This document shows positions 1 through 14,400 of a stretch of DNA of 64,000 bases, in pieces. The notes under the pieces were generated by a model. That model made no database searches, was not told where the DNA came from, and was given only the letters and a program-made list of their open reading frames with translations. Position 1 is the first letter of the stretch; the number at the start of each line of letters is the position of its first letter. The position numbers and the translations under genes were made by a program. This DNA comes from the human T2T-CHM13v2.0 reference genome, Homo sapiens. The stretch lies in assembly GCF_009914755.1 (NCBI RefSeq), contig NC_060937.1; one strand, given 5' to 3'.

Positions 1-714
1 GCAAACATTTATAGTAAACTGTACATAAAGTATCAAAGTACTCAAACTACATATTATATACAGTATATAAAATATCAAAGTACCCAAACTGTATATTATA
101 TACTGTACATAATATAGCAAAGTACCCGAATATATAGCATACTCTACATAAAATATCAAAGTACCCAAAATATATATTGTATACTGTACATAAAATATGA
201 AGGTACATGAAAGATATATTATATTCTGTACATAAAATATCAAAGTACACCAAATATATATTATATGATGTACAGAATATATTAAAGTCGACCAAATATA
301 TATTATATACTGTACATAAAATATGAAGGTACATCAAATATATATTATATGCTGCACGTAAAATATCAAAGTACCCAAAGTATGTATTATATACTGTACA
401 TAAAATATCAAAGTACCCAAAGTATATATTATATACTGTACATAAAATATAAAATACCCCAAATATATATTATATGCTGTACATAAAATATCAAAGTACA
501 CAAAATATGTATTATGTACTGTACATAAAATATCAAAGGACCCAAAATATATATTATATAGTGTACATAAAATATCAAAATACCCAAAATATATATTATA
601 TACTGTACATAAAATACCAAAGTACCCAAAGTATATATTATATACCGTACAAAAGATATCAAAGTAGCCAAAATATGTATTATACACTGTACATAATATA
701 TGAAAGTACCCAAA

Positions 715-3700
715 CATTTATAATAAACTTTACATAACATATCAATGTACTCAAACTATATATTATGTGCGGTACATAAGATATCAAAGTACCCATACTA
801 TATAGTATGTACTGTACTTAAAATATCAAAATACCCAAAATATATATTATATACGTTACATAAACTATCAAATACACAAAGTATGTATTATATACTGTAC
901 ATAAAATAGCAAAGTTCCCAAAATATGTATTATATACTGTACATAAAATATGAAAGTACCCAACCATTTATAATAAACTCTACATAAAATACCAAAGTAC
1001 GCAATCTGTGTATTATATACTGTCCATAAAATATCAAAGTATCCAAAATATATATTGTAAACTGTACATAACATAGCAAATTACCCAAACTGTGTATTAT
1101 ATACTGTCCATAAAATATCAAAGTACCCAAAATATATATTGCAATCTGTACATAAAATATCAAAGTAGCCAAAATATATATTGTATACTGTACATAAAAT
1201 ATAAAAGTACCCCAAATCTCTATTATATACTGTACATAAAATATCAAAGTACCGATAATACATATTATATACTGTATATAAAATATCAAAGGACCCAAAA
1301 TAAACATTATATACTGTACATAAAATATCCAAATACTCAAAATATATATTATGTACTGTACATAAAATATCAAAGTACCCAAATTATGTATTATATACTG
1401 TACATAAAATATCAGAGTACCCAAAATATGCATTATATACTGTACATAAAATATGAAAGTAGCAAAACATTTATAATAAACTGTACATAAAATATCAAAG
1501 TACTCAAACTATATATCATATACTGTACATAAAATATCAAAGTACCCAAACTGTGTATTATTATATACTGTATATAAAATATCAAAGTACCTGAAATATA
1601 TATTGTATACTGTACATAAAATATCAAAGTACCCAAAATATATACTATATACTGTACATAAAATATGAAGGTACATCAAATATATATTATATCCTGTACA
1701 TAAAATATCAAAGTACACCTATTATATATTGTGTACTGTACATAATATATTAAATCGCCCAAATATATATTGTATACTGTATATAAAATATGAAGGTACT
1801 TCAAATATATATTATATGCTGCACATAAAATATCAAAGTACCCAAAGTATGCATTACATACTGTACATAAAATATCAAAGTACACATATTATCTATTATA
1901 TAATGTACATAAAATATGAAGGTTCAACAAATATATATTATATTCTGTACATAATATATCAAAGTACATCAAATATATATTATATACTGTACATAAAATA
2001 TCAAAGTACCCAAAATATGTATAATTTACTGTACATAAAATATGAAAGTAACCAAACATTTATAATAAACTGTACATAAAATATCACAGTACTCAATCTA
2101 CATATTATATACAGTATATAAAATATCAAAGTACACAAACTGTATATTATATACTGTACATAATATATCAAAGTACCCAGAATATATAGCATACTGTACA
2201 TAAAATATCAAAGTACCCAAAATATATATTGTATTCTGTACATAAAATATGAAGGTACATCAAAGATATATTATATTCTGTACATAAAATATCAAAGTAC
2301 ACCAAATATATATTATATGCTGTACATAATATATTAAAGTTGCCCATATATACATTATATACTGTACATAAAATATGAACGTACATCAAATATATAGTAT
2401 ATGCTGCACATAAAATATCAAAGTACCCAAAGTATGTATTATACACTGTACATAAAATATCAAAGTACCAAAAGTATATATTACCTACTGTAAATAAAAT
2501 ATGAAGGTACCTCAAATATATATTATATTCTGTACATGAAATATCAAAGTACACCAAGTATATACTATATACTCTACATAAAATATTAAATTACCCAAAA
2601 TATGTATTGTATTGTGTACATAAAATATGAAAGTAACCAAACATTTATAATAAACTGTACATAAAATATCAAAGTACTCAAACTTTATATTATATACTGT
2701 ACATAAAGTATCAAAGTACCCAAACTGTGTAGTATATACTGTACATAAAATATCAAGGTACCCAAAATGTATATTGTAAACTGTAGATAAAATATCAAAG
2801 TACCCAAAATATATATTATATACTGTACATAAAATATGAAGGCACATCCAATATATATTATATTCTGTACATAAAATATCAAAGTACACCAAATGTATAT
2901 TATATACTGTACATAAAATATAAAACTACCCCAAATATATCTTATATACTCTACATAAAATAGCAAAGTACCCAAAATATATATTATATACTGTACATAA
3001 TATATCAAAGTACCCATAGTATGTATTATATCCTGTACATAAAATATGAAGGTACATCAAATATATATTCTATTCTGCACATAAAATATCATATTGCACC
3101 AAATATATATTGTATACTGTATATAAAATATGAAGGTACTTCAAATATATGTTATATGCTGCACATAAAATATCAAAGTACCCAAAGTATGCATTATATA
3201 CTGTACATAAAATATCAAAGTACCCAAAGTGTATATTATATACTGTACATAAAATATGAAGGTTCATCAAATATATTTTATATTCTGCACATAATATATC
3301 AAAATACAGCAAATATATATTATATACTGTACATAAAATAACAAAGTAACAAAAATATGTATTATATACTGTACATAAAATATGAAAGTAACCAAATATT
3401 TAAAATAAACTGTATATAAAATATCAAAGTACTCAAACTACATATTATATACAGTATATAAAATATCAAAGTACCCAAACTATAATATACTGTACATACT
3501 ATATCAAAGTACCCGAATATATAGCATATTGTACATAAAATATCAAAGTACCCAAAATATATATTGTATACTGTACATAAAATATGAAGGTACATCAAAG
3601 ATATATTACATTCTGTACATAAAATATCAAAGTACACCAAATATATATTATATGCTGTAAATAATATATTAAAGTTGCCCATATATACATTATATACTGT

Positions 3701-5146
3701 ACATAAAATATGAACTTACATCAATTATACAGTATATGATGCACATAAAATATCAAAGTACCCAAAGTATGTATTATACACTGTACATAAAATATCAAAC
3801 TACCAAAAGTATATATTACATACTGTAAATAAAATATGAAGGTACCTCAAATATATATTATATTCTGTACATAAAATATCAAAGTACACCAAGTATATAC
3901 TATATACTCTGCATAAAATATTAAATTACCCAAAATATGTATTGTATTGTGTACATAAAATATGAAAGTAACCAAACATTTATAATAAACTGTACATAAA
4001 ATATCAAAGTACTCAAAGTGTATATTATATACTGTACATAAAGTATCAAAGTACCCAAACTGTGTAGTATATACTGTACATAAAATATCAAGTTACCCAA
4101 AATATATATTGTAAACTGTAGATAAAATATCAACGTACCCAAAATATATATTATATACTGTACATAAAATATGAAGGCACATCCAATATATATTATATTC
4201 TGTACATAAAATATCAAAGTACACCAAATGTATATTATATACTGTACATAAAATATCAAAGTACCCAAAGTGTATATTATATACTGTACATAAAATATGA
4301 AGGTTCATCAAATATATTTTATATTCTGCACATAATATATCAAAGTACAGCAAATATATATGATATACTGTACATAAAATATCAAAGTACCCAAAATATG
4401 TATTATATACTGTACATAAAACATGAAAGTAACCAAACATTTATAATAAACTGTACATAAAGTAACAAAGTACTCAAACTACATATTATATACAGTATAT
4501 AAAATGTCAAAGTACCCAAACTGTATATTATATACTGTACATAATATATCAAAGTACCCGAATATATAGCATACTGTACATAAAATATCAAAGTACCCAA
4601 AGTGTGTATTATACACTGCACATAAAATATGAAGGTACATAAAATATATATTGTATTCTGTACATAAAATATCAAAGTACTCCAAATATATATTATATGC
4701 TGTACATAATATATTAAAGTCGCCCAAATATATATTATATACTGTACATAAAATATGAAGGTACATCAAATATATATTATATGCTGCACATAAAATATCA
4801 AAGTACCCAAAGTATGTGTTATATACTGTACATAAAATATCAAAGTACCCAAAGTATATATTATATACTGTACATAAAATATAAAATACCCCAAATATAT
4901 ATTATATGCTGTACATAAAATATCAAAGTACACAAAATATGTATTATATACTGTACATAAAATACCAAAGGACCCAAAATATATATTATATACTGTACAT
5001 AAAATATCAAAATACCCAAAATATATATTATATACTGTACATAAAATACCAAAGTACCCAAAGTATATATTATATACCGTACAAAAAATATCAAAGTAGC
5101 CAAAATATGTATTATACACTGTACATAATATATGAAAGTACCCAAA
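715..5146. repeat. Expanded HOR unit, 4432 bp (3307 + 84-bp dimer duplication + extra 580/461-bp blocks)
   Basis: Landmark monomers at 715, 965, 1468, 2057, 2642, 3397, 3977, 4438, 5147 (spacings 250, 503, 589, 585, 755, 580, 461, 709). Confidence 0.8.
2911..3204. repeat. 294-bp (7-monomer) cassette that distinguishes the 3307-bp from the 3013-bp HOR (first of ten copies)
   Basis: Starts ACATAAAATATAAAACTACCCC and contains ACCCATAGTATG, CATATTGCACC, GGTACTTC. Marker CATATTGCACC recurs at ~3090, 7438, 13758, 16521, 20869, 30499, 33803, 43930, 51042, 58908. Confidence 0.85.
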
Positions 5147-8100
5147 CATTTATAATAAACTGTACATAAAATATCAATGTACTCAAACTATATATTATGT
5201 GCGCTACATAAGATATCAAAGTACCCATACTATATAGTATACACTGTACTTAAAATATCAAAATACCCAAAATATATATTATATACGTTACATAAACTAT
5301 CAAACACACAAAGTATGTATTATATACTGTACATAAAATAGCAAAGTTCCCAAAATATGTATTATATACTGTACATAAAATATGAAAGTACCCAACCATT
5401 TATAATAAAGTCTACATAAAATACCAAAGTACCCAAACTGTGTATTATATACTGTCCATAAAATATCAAAGGACCCAAAATATATTTCGTAAACTCTACA
5501 TAAAATATCAAAGTAGCCAAAATACATATTGTATACTGTACATAAAATATAAAAGTACCCCAAATATATATTATATACTGTACATAAAATATCAAAGTAC
5601 CCATAATACATATTATACACTGTACATAAAATATCAAAGGACCCAAAATAAACATTATATACTGTACATAAAATATCCAAATACTCAAAATATATATTAC
5701 ATACTGTACATAAAATATCAAAGTACCCAAATTATGTATTATATACTGTATGTAAAATATCAGAGTACCCAAAATATGCATTATATACTGTACATAAAAT
5801 ATGAAAGTAACAAAACATTTATAATAAACTGTACATAAAATATCAAAGTACTCAAACTATATATCATATACTGTACATAAAATATCAAAGTACCCAAACT
5901 GTGTATTATTACATACTGTATATAAAATATCAAAGTACCTGAAATATATATTTTATACTTTACATAAAATATCAAAGTACCCAAAATATATACTATATAC
6001 TGTACATAAAATATGAAGGTACATCAAATATATATTATATCCTGTACATAAAATATCAAAGTACTCCTATTATATATTGTGTACTGTACATAATATATTA
6101 AATCACCCAAATATATATTGCATACTGTATATAAAATATGAAGGTACTTCAAATATATATTATATGCTGCACATAAAATATCAAAGTACCCAAAGTATGC
6201 ATTACATACTGTACATAAAATATCAAAGTACACAAATTATATATTATATTCTGTACATAAAATATGTAGGTTCATCAAATATATTTTATATTCTGTACAT
6301 AATATATCAAAGTACATCAAATATATATTATATACGGTACATAAAATATCAAAGTACCCAAAATATGTACTATTTACTGTACATAAAATATGAAAGTAAC
6401 CAAACTTTTATAATAAACTGTACATAAAATATCAAAGTACTCAATCTACATATTATATACAGTATATAAAATATCAAAGTACACAAACTGTATATTATAT
6501 ACTGTACATAATATATCAAAGTACCCAGAATATATAGCATACTGTACATACAATATCAAAGTACCCAGAATGTATATTGTATACTGTACATAAAATATGA
6601 AGGTACATCAAAGATATATTATATTCTGTACATAAAATATCAAAGTACACCAAATATATATTATATGCTGTACATAATATATTAAAGTTACCCATGTATA
6701 CATTTTATACTGTACATAAAATATGAAGGTACATCAAATATATAGTATATGCTGCACATAAAATATCAAAGTACCCAAAGTATGTATTATATACTGTACA
6801 TAAAATATCAAAGTAGCAAAAGTATATATTACCTACTGTAAATAAAATATGAAGATACCTCAAATATATATTATATTCTATACATGAAATATCAAAGTAC
6901 ACCAAGTATATACTATATACTCTACATAAAATATTAAATTACCCAAAATATGTATTGTATTGTGTACATAAAATATGAAAGTAACCAAACATTTATAATA
7001 CACTGTACATAAAATATCAAAGTACTCAAACTTTATATTATATACTGTACATAAAGTATCAAAGTACCCAAACTGTGTAGTATATACTGTACATAAAATA
7101 TCAAGGTACCCAAAATGCATATTGTAAACTGTAGATAAAATATCAAAGTACCCAAAATATATATTATATACTGTACATAAAATATGAAGGCACATCCAAT
7201 ATATATTATATTCTGTACATAAAATATCAAAGTACACCAAATGTATATTATATACTGTACATAAAATATAAAACTACCCCAAATATATATTATATACTCT
7301 ACATAAAATATCAAAGAACCCAAAATATATATTATATACTGTACATAATATATCAAAGTACCCATAGTATGTATTATATCCTGTACATAAAATATGAAAG
7401 TACGTCAAATATATATTCTATTCTGCACATAAAATATCATATTGCACCAAATATATATTGTATACTGTATATAAAATATGAAGGTACTTCAAATATATAT
7501 TATATGCTGCACATAAAATATCAAAGTACCCAAAGTATGCATTATATACTGTACATAAAATATCAAAGTACCCAAAGTGTATATTATATACTGTACAAAA
7601 AATATGAAGGTTCATCAAATATATTTTATATTCTGCACATAATATATCAAAGTACAGCAAATATATATTATATACTGTACATAAAATAACAAAGTACCAA
7701 AAATATGTATTATATACTGTACATAAAATATGAAAGTAACCAAATATTTATAATAAACTGTATAAAAAATATCAAAGTACTCAAACTACATATTATATAC
7801 AGTATATAAAATATCAAAGTACACAAACTGTATATTATATACTGTACATACTATATCAAAGTACCCGAATATATAGCATACTGTACATAAAATATCAAAG
7901 TACCCAAAGTGTGTATTCTACACTGCACATAAAATATGAAGGTTCATAAAATATATATTGTATTCTGTACATAAAATATCAAAGTACTCCAAATATATAT
8001 TATATGCCGTACATAATATATTAAATTCGACCAAATATATATTATATACTGTACATAAAATATGAAGATACATCAAATATATATTATATGCTGCACATAA

Positions 8101-8453
8101 AATATCAAAGTACCCAAAGTATGTATTATATACTGTACATAAAATATCAAAGTACCCAAAGTATATATTATATACTGTACATAAAATATAAAATACCCCA
8201 AATATATATTATATGCTGTACATAAAATATCAAAGTACACAAAATATGTATTATGTACTGTACATAAAATATCAAAGGATCCAATATATATATTATATAG
8301 TGTACATAAAATATCAAAATACCCAAAATATATATTATATACTGTACATAAAATACCAAAGTACCCAAAGTATATATTATATACCGTACAAAAAATATCA
8401 AAGTAGCCAAAATATGTATTATACACTGTACATAATATATGAAAGTACCCAAA
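5147..8453. repeat. Long HOR unit, 3307 bp (79 monomers)
   Basis: Landmarks at 5147, 5397, 5816, 6405, 6990, 7745, 8454: spacings 250+419+589+585+755+709 = 3307. Confidence 0.9.
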
Positions 8454-11400
8454 CATTTATAATAAACTGTACATAAAATATCAATGTACTCAAACTATGT
8501 ATTATGTGCGGTACATAACATATCAAAGTATCCATACTATATAGTATGTACTGCACTTAAAATATCAAAATACCCAAAATATATATCATATACGTTACAT
8601 AAACTATCAAATACACAAAGTATGTATTATATACTGTACATAAAATAGCAAAGTTCCCAAAATATGTATTATATACTGTACATAAAATATGAAAGTACCC
8701 AACCATTTATAATAAACTCTACATAAAATACCAAAGTACCCAAACTGTGTATTATATACTGTCCATAAAATATCAAAGGACCCAAAATATATATTGTAAA
8801 CTCTACATAAAATATCAAAGTAGCCAAAATACATATTGTATACTGTACATAAAATATAAAAGTACCCCAAATATGTATTAAATACTGTACATAAAATATC
8901 AAAGTACCCATAATACATATTATATACTGTACATAAAATATCACAGGACCCAAAATAAACATTATATACTGTACATAAAATATCCAAATACTCAAAATAT
9001 ATATTACGTACTGTACATAAAATATCAAAGTACCCAAATTATGTATTATATACTGTACGTAAAATATCAGAGTACCCAAAATATGCATTATATACTGTAC
9101 ATAAAATATGAAAGTAACAATACATTTATAATAAACTGTACATAAAATATCAAAGTACTCAAACTATATATCATATACTGTACATAAAATATCAAAGTAC
9201 CCAAACTGTGTATTATTATATACTGTATATAAAATATCAAAGTACCTGAAATATATATTGTATACTGTACATAAAATATCAAAGTACCCAAAATATATAC
9301 TATATACTCTACATAAAATATGAAGGTACATCAAATATATATTATATCCTGTACATAAAATATCAAAGTACACCTATTATATATTGTGTACTGTACATAA
9401 TATATTAAATCGCCCAAATATATATTGTATACTGTATATAAAATATGAAGGTACTTCAAATATATATTATATGCTGCACATAAAATATCAAAGTACCCAA
9501 AGTATGCATTACATACTGTACATAAAATATCAAAGTACACATATTATATATTATATAATGTACATAAAATATGAAGGTTCATCAAATATATATTATATTC
9601 TGTACATAATATATCAAAGTACATCAAATATATATTATATACGGTACATAAAATATCAAAGTACCAAAAATATGTATTATATACTGTAGATAAAACATGA
9701 AAGTAACCAAACATTTATAATAAACTGTACATTAAATATCAAAGTACTCAATGTACATATTATATACAGTATATAAAATATCAAAGTACACAAACTGTCT
9801 ATTATATACTGTACATAATATATCAAAGTACCCAGAATATATAGCATACTGTACATAAAATATCAAAGTACCCAAAATATATATTGTATACTGTACATAA
9901 AATATGAAGGTACATCAAAGATATATTATATTCTGTACATAAAATATCAAACTACACCAAATATATATTATATGCTGTACATAATATATTAAAGTTGCCC
10001 ATATATACATTATATACTGTACATAAAATATGAACGTACATCAAATATATAGTATATGCTGCACATAAAATATCAAAGTACCCAAAGTATGTATTATATA
10101 CTGTACATAAAATATCAAAGTACCAAAAGTATATATTACATACTGTAAATAAAATATGAAGGTACCTCAAATATATATTATATTCTATACATAAAATATC
10201 AAAGTACACCAAGTATATACTATATATTCTGCATAAAATATTAAATTACCCGAAATATGTATTGTATTGTGTACATAAAATATGAAAGTAACCAAACATT
10301 TATAATAAACTGTACATAAAATATCAAAGTACTCAAACTGTATATTATATACTGTACATAAAGTATCAAAGTACCCAAACTGTGTAGTATATACTGTACA
10401 TAAAATATCAAGGTACCCAAAATATATATTGTAAACTGTAGATAAAATATCAAAGTACCCAAAATATATATTATATACTGTACATGAAATATGAAGGCAC
10501 ATCCAATATATATTATACTCTGTACATAAAATATCAAAGTACACCAAATGTATATTCTATACTGTACATAAAATATCAAAGTACCCAAAGTGTATATTAT
10601 ATACTGTACATAAAATATGAAGGTTCATCAAATATATTTTATATTCTGCACATAATATATCAAAGTACAGCAAATATATATTATATACTGTACATAAAAT
10701 ATCAAAGTACCCAAAATATGTATTATATACTGTACATAAAATATGAAAGTAAGCAAACATTTATAATAAACTGTACATAAAGTATCAAAGTACTCAAACT
10801 ACATATTATATACAGTATATAAAATATCAAAGTACCCAAACTGTATATTATATACTGTACATAATATATCAAAGTACCCGAATATATAGCATACTCTACA
10901 TAAAATATCAAAGTACCCAAAGTGTGTATTATACACTGCACATAAAATATGAAGGTACATCAAAGATATATTATATTCTGTACATAAAATATCAAAGTAC
11001 ACCAAATATATATTATATGCTGTACATAATATATTAAAGTTGACCAAATATATATTATATACTGTACATAAAATATGAAGGTACATCAAATATATATTAT
11101 ATGCTGCACATAAAATATCAAAGTACCCAAAGTATGTGTTATATACTGTACATAAAATATCAAAGTACCCAAAGTATATATTATATACTGTACATAAAAT
11201 ATAAAATACCCCAAATATATATTATATGCTCTACATAAAATATCAAAGTACACAAAATATGTATTATATACTGTACATAAAATACCAAAGGACCCAAAAT
11301 ATATATTATATACTGTACATAAAATATCAAAATACCCAAAATATATATTATATACTGTACATAAAATACCAAAGTACCCAAAGTATATATTATATACCGT

Positions 11401-11466
11401 ACAAAAAATATCAAAGTAGCCAAAATATGTATTATACACTGTACATAATATATGAAAGTACCCAAA
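8454..11466. repeat. Short HOR unit, 3013 bp (72 monomers)
   Basis: Landmarks at 8454, 8704, 9123, 9712, 10297, 10758, 11467: spacings 250+419+589+585+461+709 = 3013. Confidence 0.9.
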
Positions 11467-14400
11467 CATGTATAATAAACTGTACATAAAATATCAATGT
11501 ACTCAAACTATATATTATGTGCGGTACATAAGATATCAAAGTACCCATACTATATAGTATATACTGTACTTAAAATATCAAAATACCCAAAATATATATT
11601 ATATACGTTACATAAACTATCAAATGCAGAAAGTATGTATTATATACTGTACATAAAATAGCAAAGTTCCCAAAATATGTATTATATACTGTACATAAAA
11701 TATGAAAGTACCCAACCATTTATAATAAAGTCTACATAAAATACCAAAGTACCCAAACTGTGTATTATATACTGTCCATAAAATATCAAAGGACCCAAAA
11801 TATATATTGTAAACTCTACATAAAATATCAAAGTAGCCAAAATACATATTGTATACTGTACATAAAATATAAAAGTACCCCAAATATATATTATATACTG
11901 TACATAAAATATCAAAGTACCCATAATACATATTATACACTGTACATAAAATATCAAAGGACCCAAAATAAACATTATATACTGTACATAAACTATTCAA
12001 ATACTCAAAATATATATTACATACTGTACATAAAATATCAAAGTACCCAAATTATGTATTATATACTGTATGTAAAATATCAGAGTACCCAAAATATGCA
12101 TTATATACTGTACATAAAATATGAAAGTAACAAAACATTTATAATAAACTGTACATAAAATATCAAAGTACTCAAACTATATATCATATACTGTACATAA
12201 AATAGCAAAGTAACCAAACTGTGTATATTACATACTGTATATAAAATATCAAAGTACCTGAAATATATATTGTATACTGTACATAAAATATCAAAAGTAC
12301 CCAAAATATATACTATATACTGTACATAAAATATGAAGGTACATCAAATATATATTATATACTGTACATAAAATATCAAAGTACACCTATTATATATTGT
12401 GTACTGCACATAATATATTAAATCGCCAAATATATATTGTATACTGTATATAAAATATGAAGGTACTTCAAATATATATTATATGCTGCACATAAAATAT
12501 CAAAGTACCCAAAGTATGCATTACATACTGTACATAAAATATCAAATTACACAAATTATATATTATATTCTGTACATAAAATATGTAGGTTCTTCAAATA
12601 TATTTTATATTCTGTACATAATATATCAAAGTACATCAAATATATATTATATACGGTACATAAAATATCAAAGTACCCAAAATATGTATTAATTACTGTG
12701 CATAAAATATGAAAGTAACCAAACATTTATAATAAACTGTACATAAAATATCAAACTACTCAATCTACATATTATATACAGTATATAAAATATCAAAGTA
12801 CACAAACTGTATATTATATACTGTAAATAATATATCAAAGTACCCAGAATATATAGCATACTGTACATACAATATCAAAGTACCCAGAATGTATATTGTA
12901 TTCTGTACATAAAATATGAATGTACATCAAAGATATATTATATTCTGTACATAAAATATCAAAGTACACCAAATATATATTATATGCTGTACATAATATA
13001 TTAAAGTTGCCCATGCATACATTTTATACTGTACATAAAATATGAAGGTACATCAAATATATAGTATATGCTGCACATAAAATATCAAAGTACCCAAAGT
13101 ATGTATTATATACTGTACATAAAATATCAAAGTACCAAAAGTATATATTACCTACTGTAAATAAAATATGAAGATACCTCAAATATATATTATATTCTGT
13201 ACATGAAATATCAAAGTACACCAAATATATACTATATACTCTACATAAAATATTAAATTACCCAAAATATGTATTGTATTGTGTACATAAAATCTGAAAG
13301 TAACCAAACATTTATAATAAACTGTACATAAAATATCAAAGTACTCAAACTTTATATTATATACTGTACATAAAGTATCAAAGTACCCAAACTGTGTAGT
13401 ATATACTGTACATAAAATATCAAGGTACCCAAAATGTATATTGTAAACTGTAGATAAAATATCAAAGTACCCAAAATATATATTATATACTGTACATAAA
13501 ATATGAAGGCTCATCCAATATATATTATATTCTGTACATAAAATATCAAAGTACACCAAATGTATATTATATACTGTACATAAAATATAAAACTACCCCA
13601 AATATATCTTATATACTCTACATAAAATATCAAAGTACCCAAAATATATATTATATACTGTACATAAAATATCAAAGTACCCATAGTATGTATTATATCC
13701 TGTACATAAAATATGAAGGTACGTCAAATATATATTCTATTCTGCACATAAAATATCATATTGCACCAAATATATATTGTATACTGTATATAAAATATGA
13801 AGGTACTTCAAATATATATTATATGCTGCACATAAAATATCAAAGTACCCAAAGTATGCATTATATACTGTACATAAAATATCAAAGTACCCAAAGTGTA
13901 TATTATATACTGTACATAAAATATGAAGGTTCATCAAATATATTTTATATTCTGCACATAATATATCAAAGTACAACAAATATATATTATATACTGTACA
14001 TAAAATATCAAAGTACCCAAAATATGTATTATATACTGTACATAAAATATGAAAGTAACCAAACATTTATAATAAACTGTACATAAAATATCAAAGTACT
14101 CAAACTACATATTATATACAGTATATAAAATGTCAAAGTACCCAAACTGTATATTATATACTGTACATAATATATCAAAGTACCCGAATATATAGCATAC
14201 TGTACATAAAATATCAAAGTACCCAAAATATATATTGTATACTGTACATAAAATATGAAGGTACATCAAAGATATATTATATTCTGTACATAAAATATCA
14301 AAGTACACCAAATATATATTATATGCTGTACAGAATATATTAAAGTCGACCAAATATATATTATATACTGTACATAAAATATGAAGGTACATCAAATATA

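Noticed and set aside
5147-11466. Strict 378-bp (9-mer) periodicity
   Set aside because: Landmark spacings are 6, 10, 14, 14, 11/18 and 17 monomers. Only partial paralogous runs remain, so a regular 9-mer period is not directly visible.
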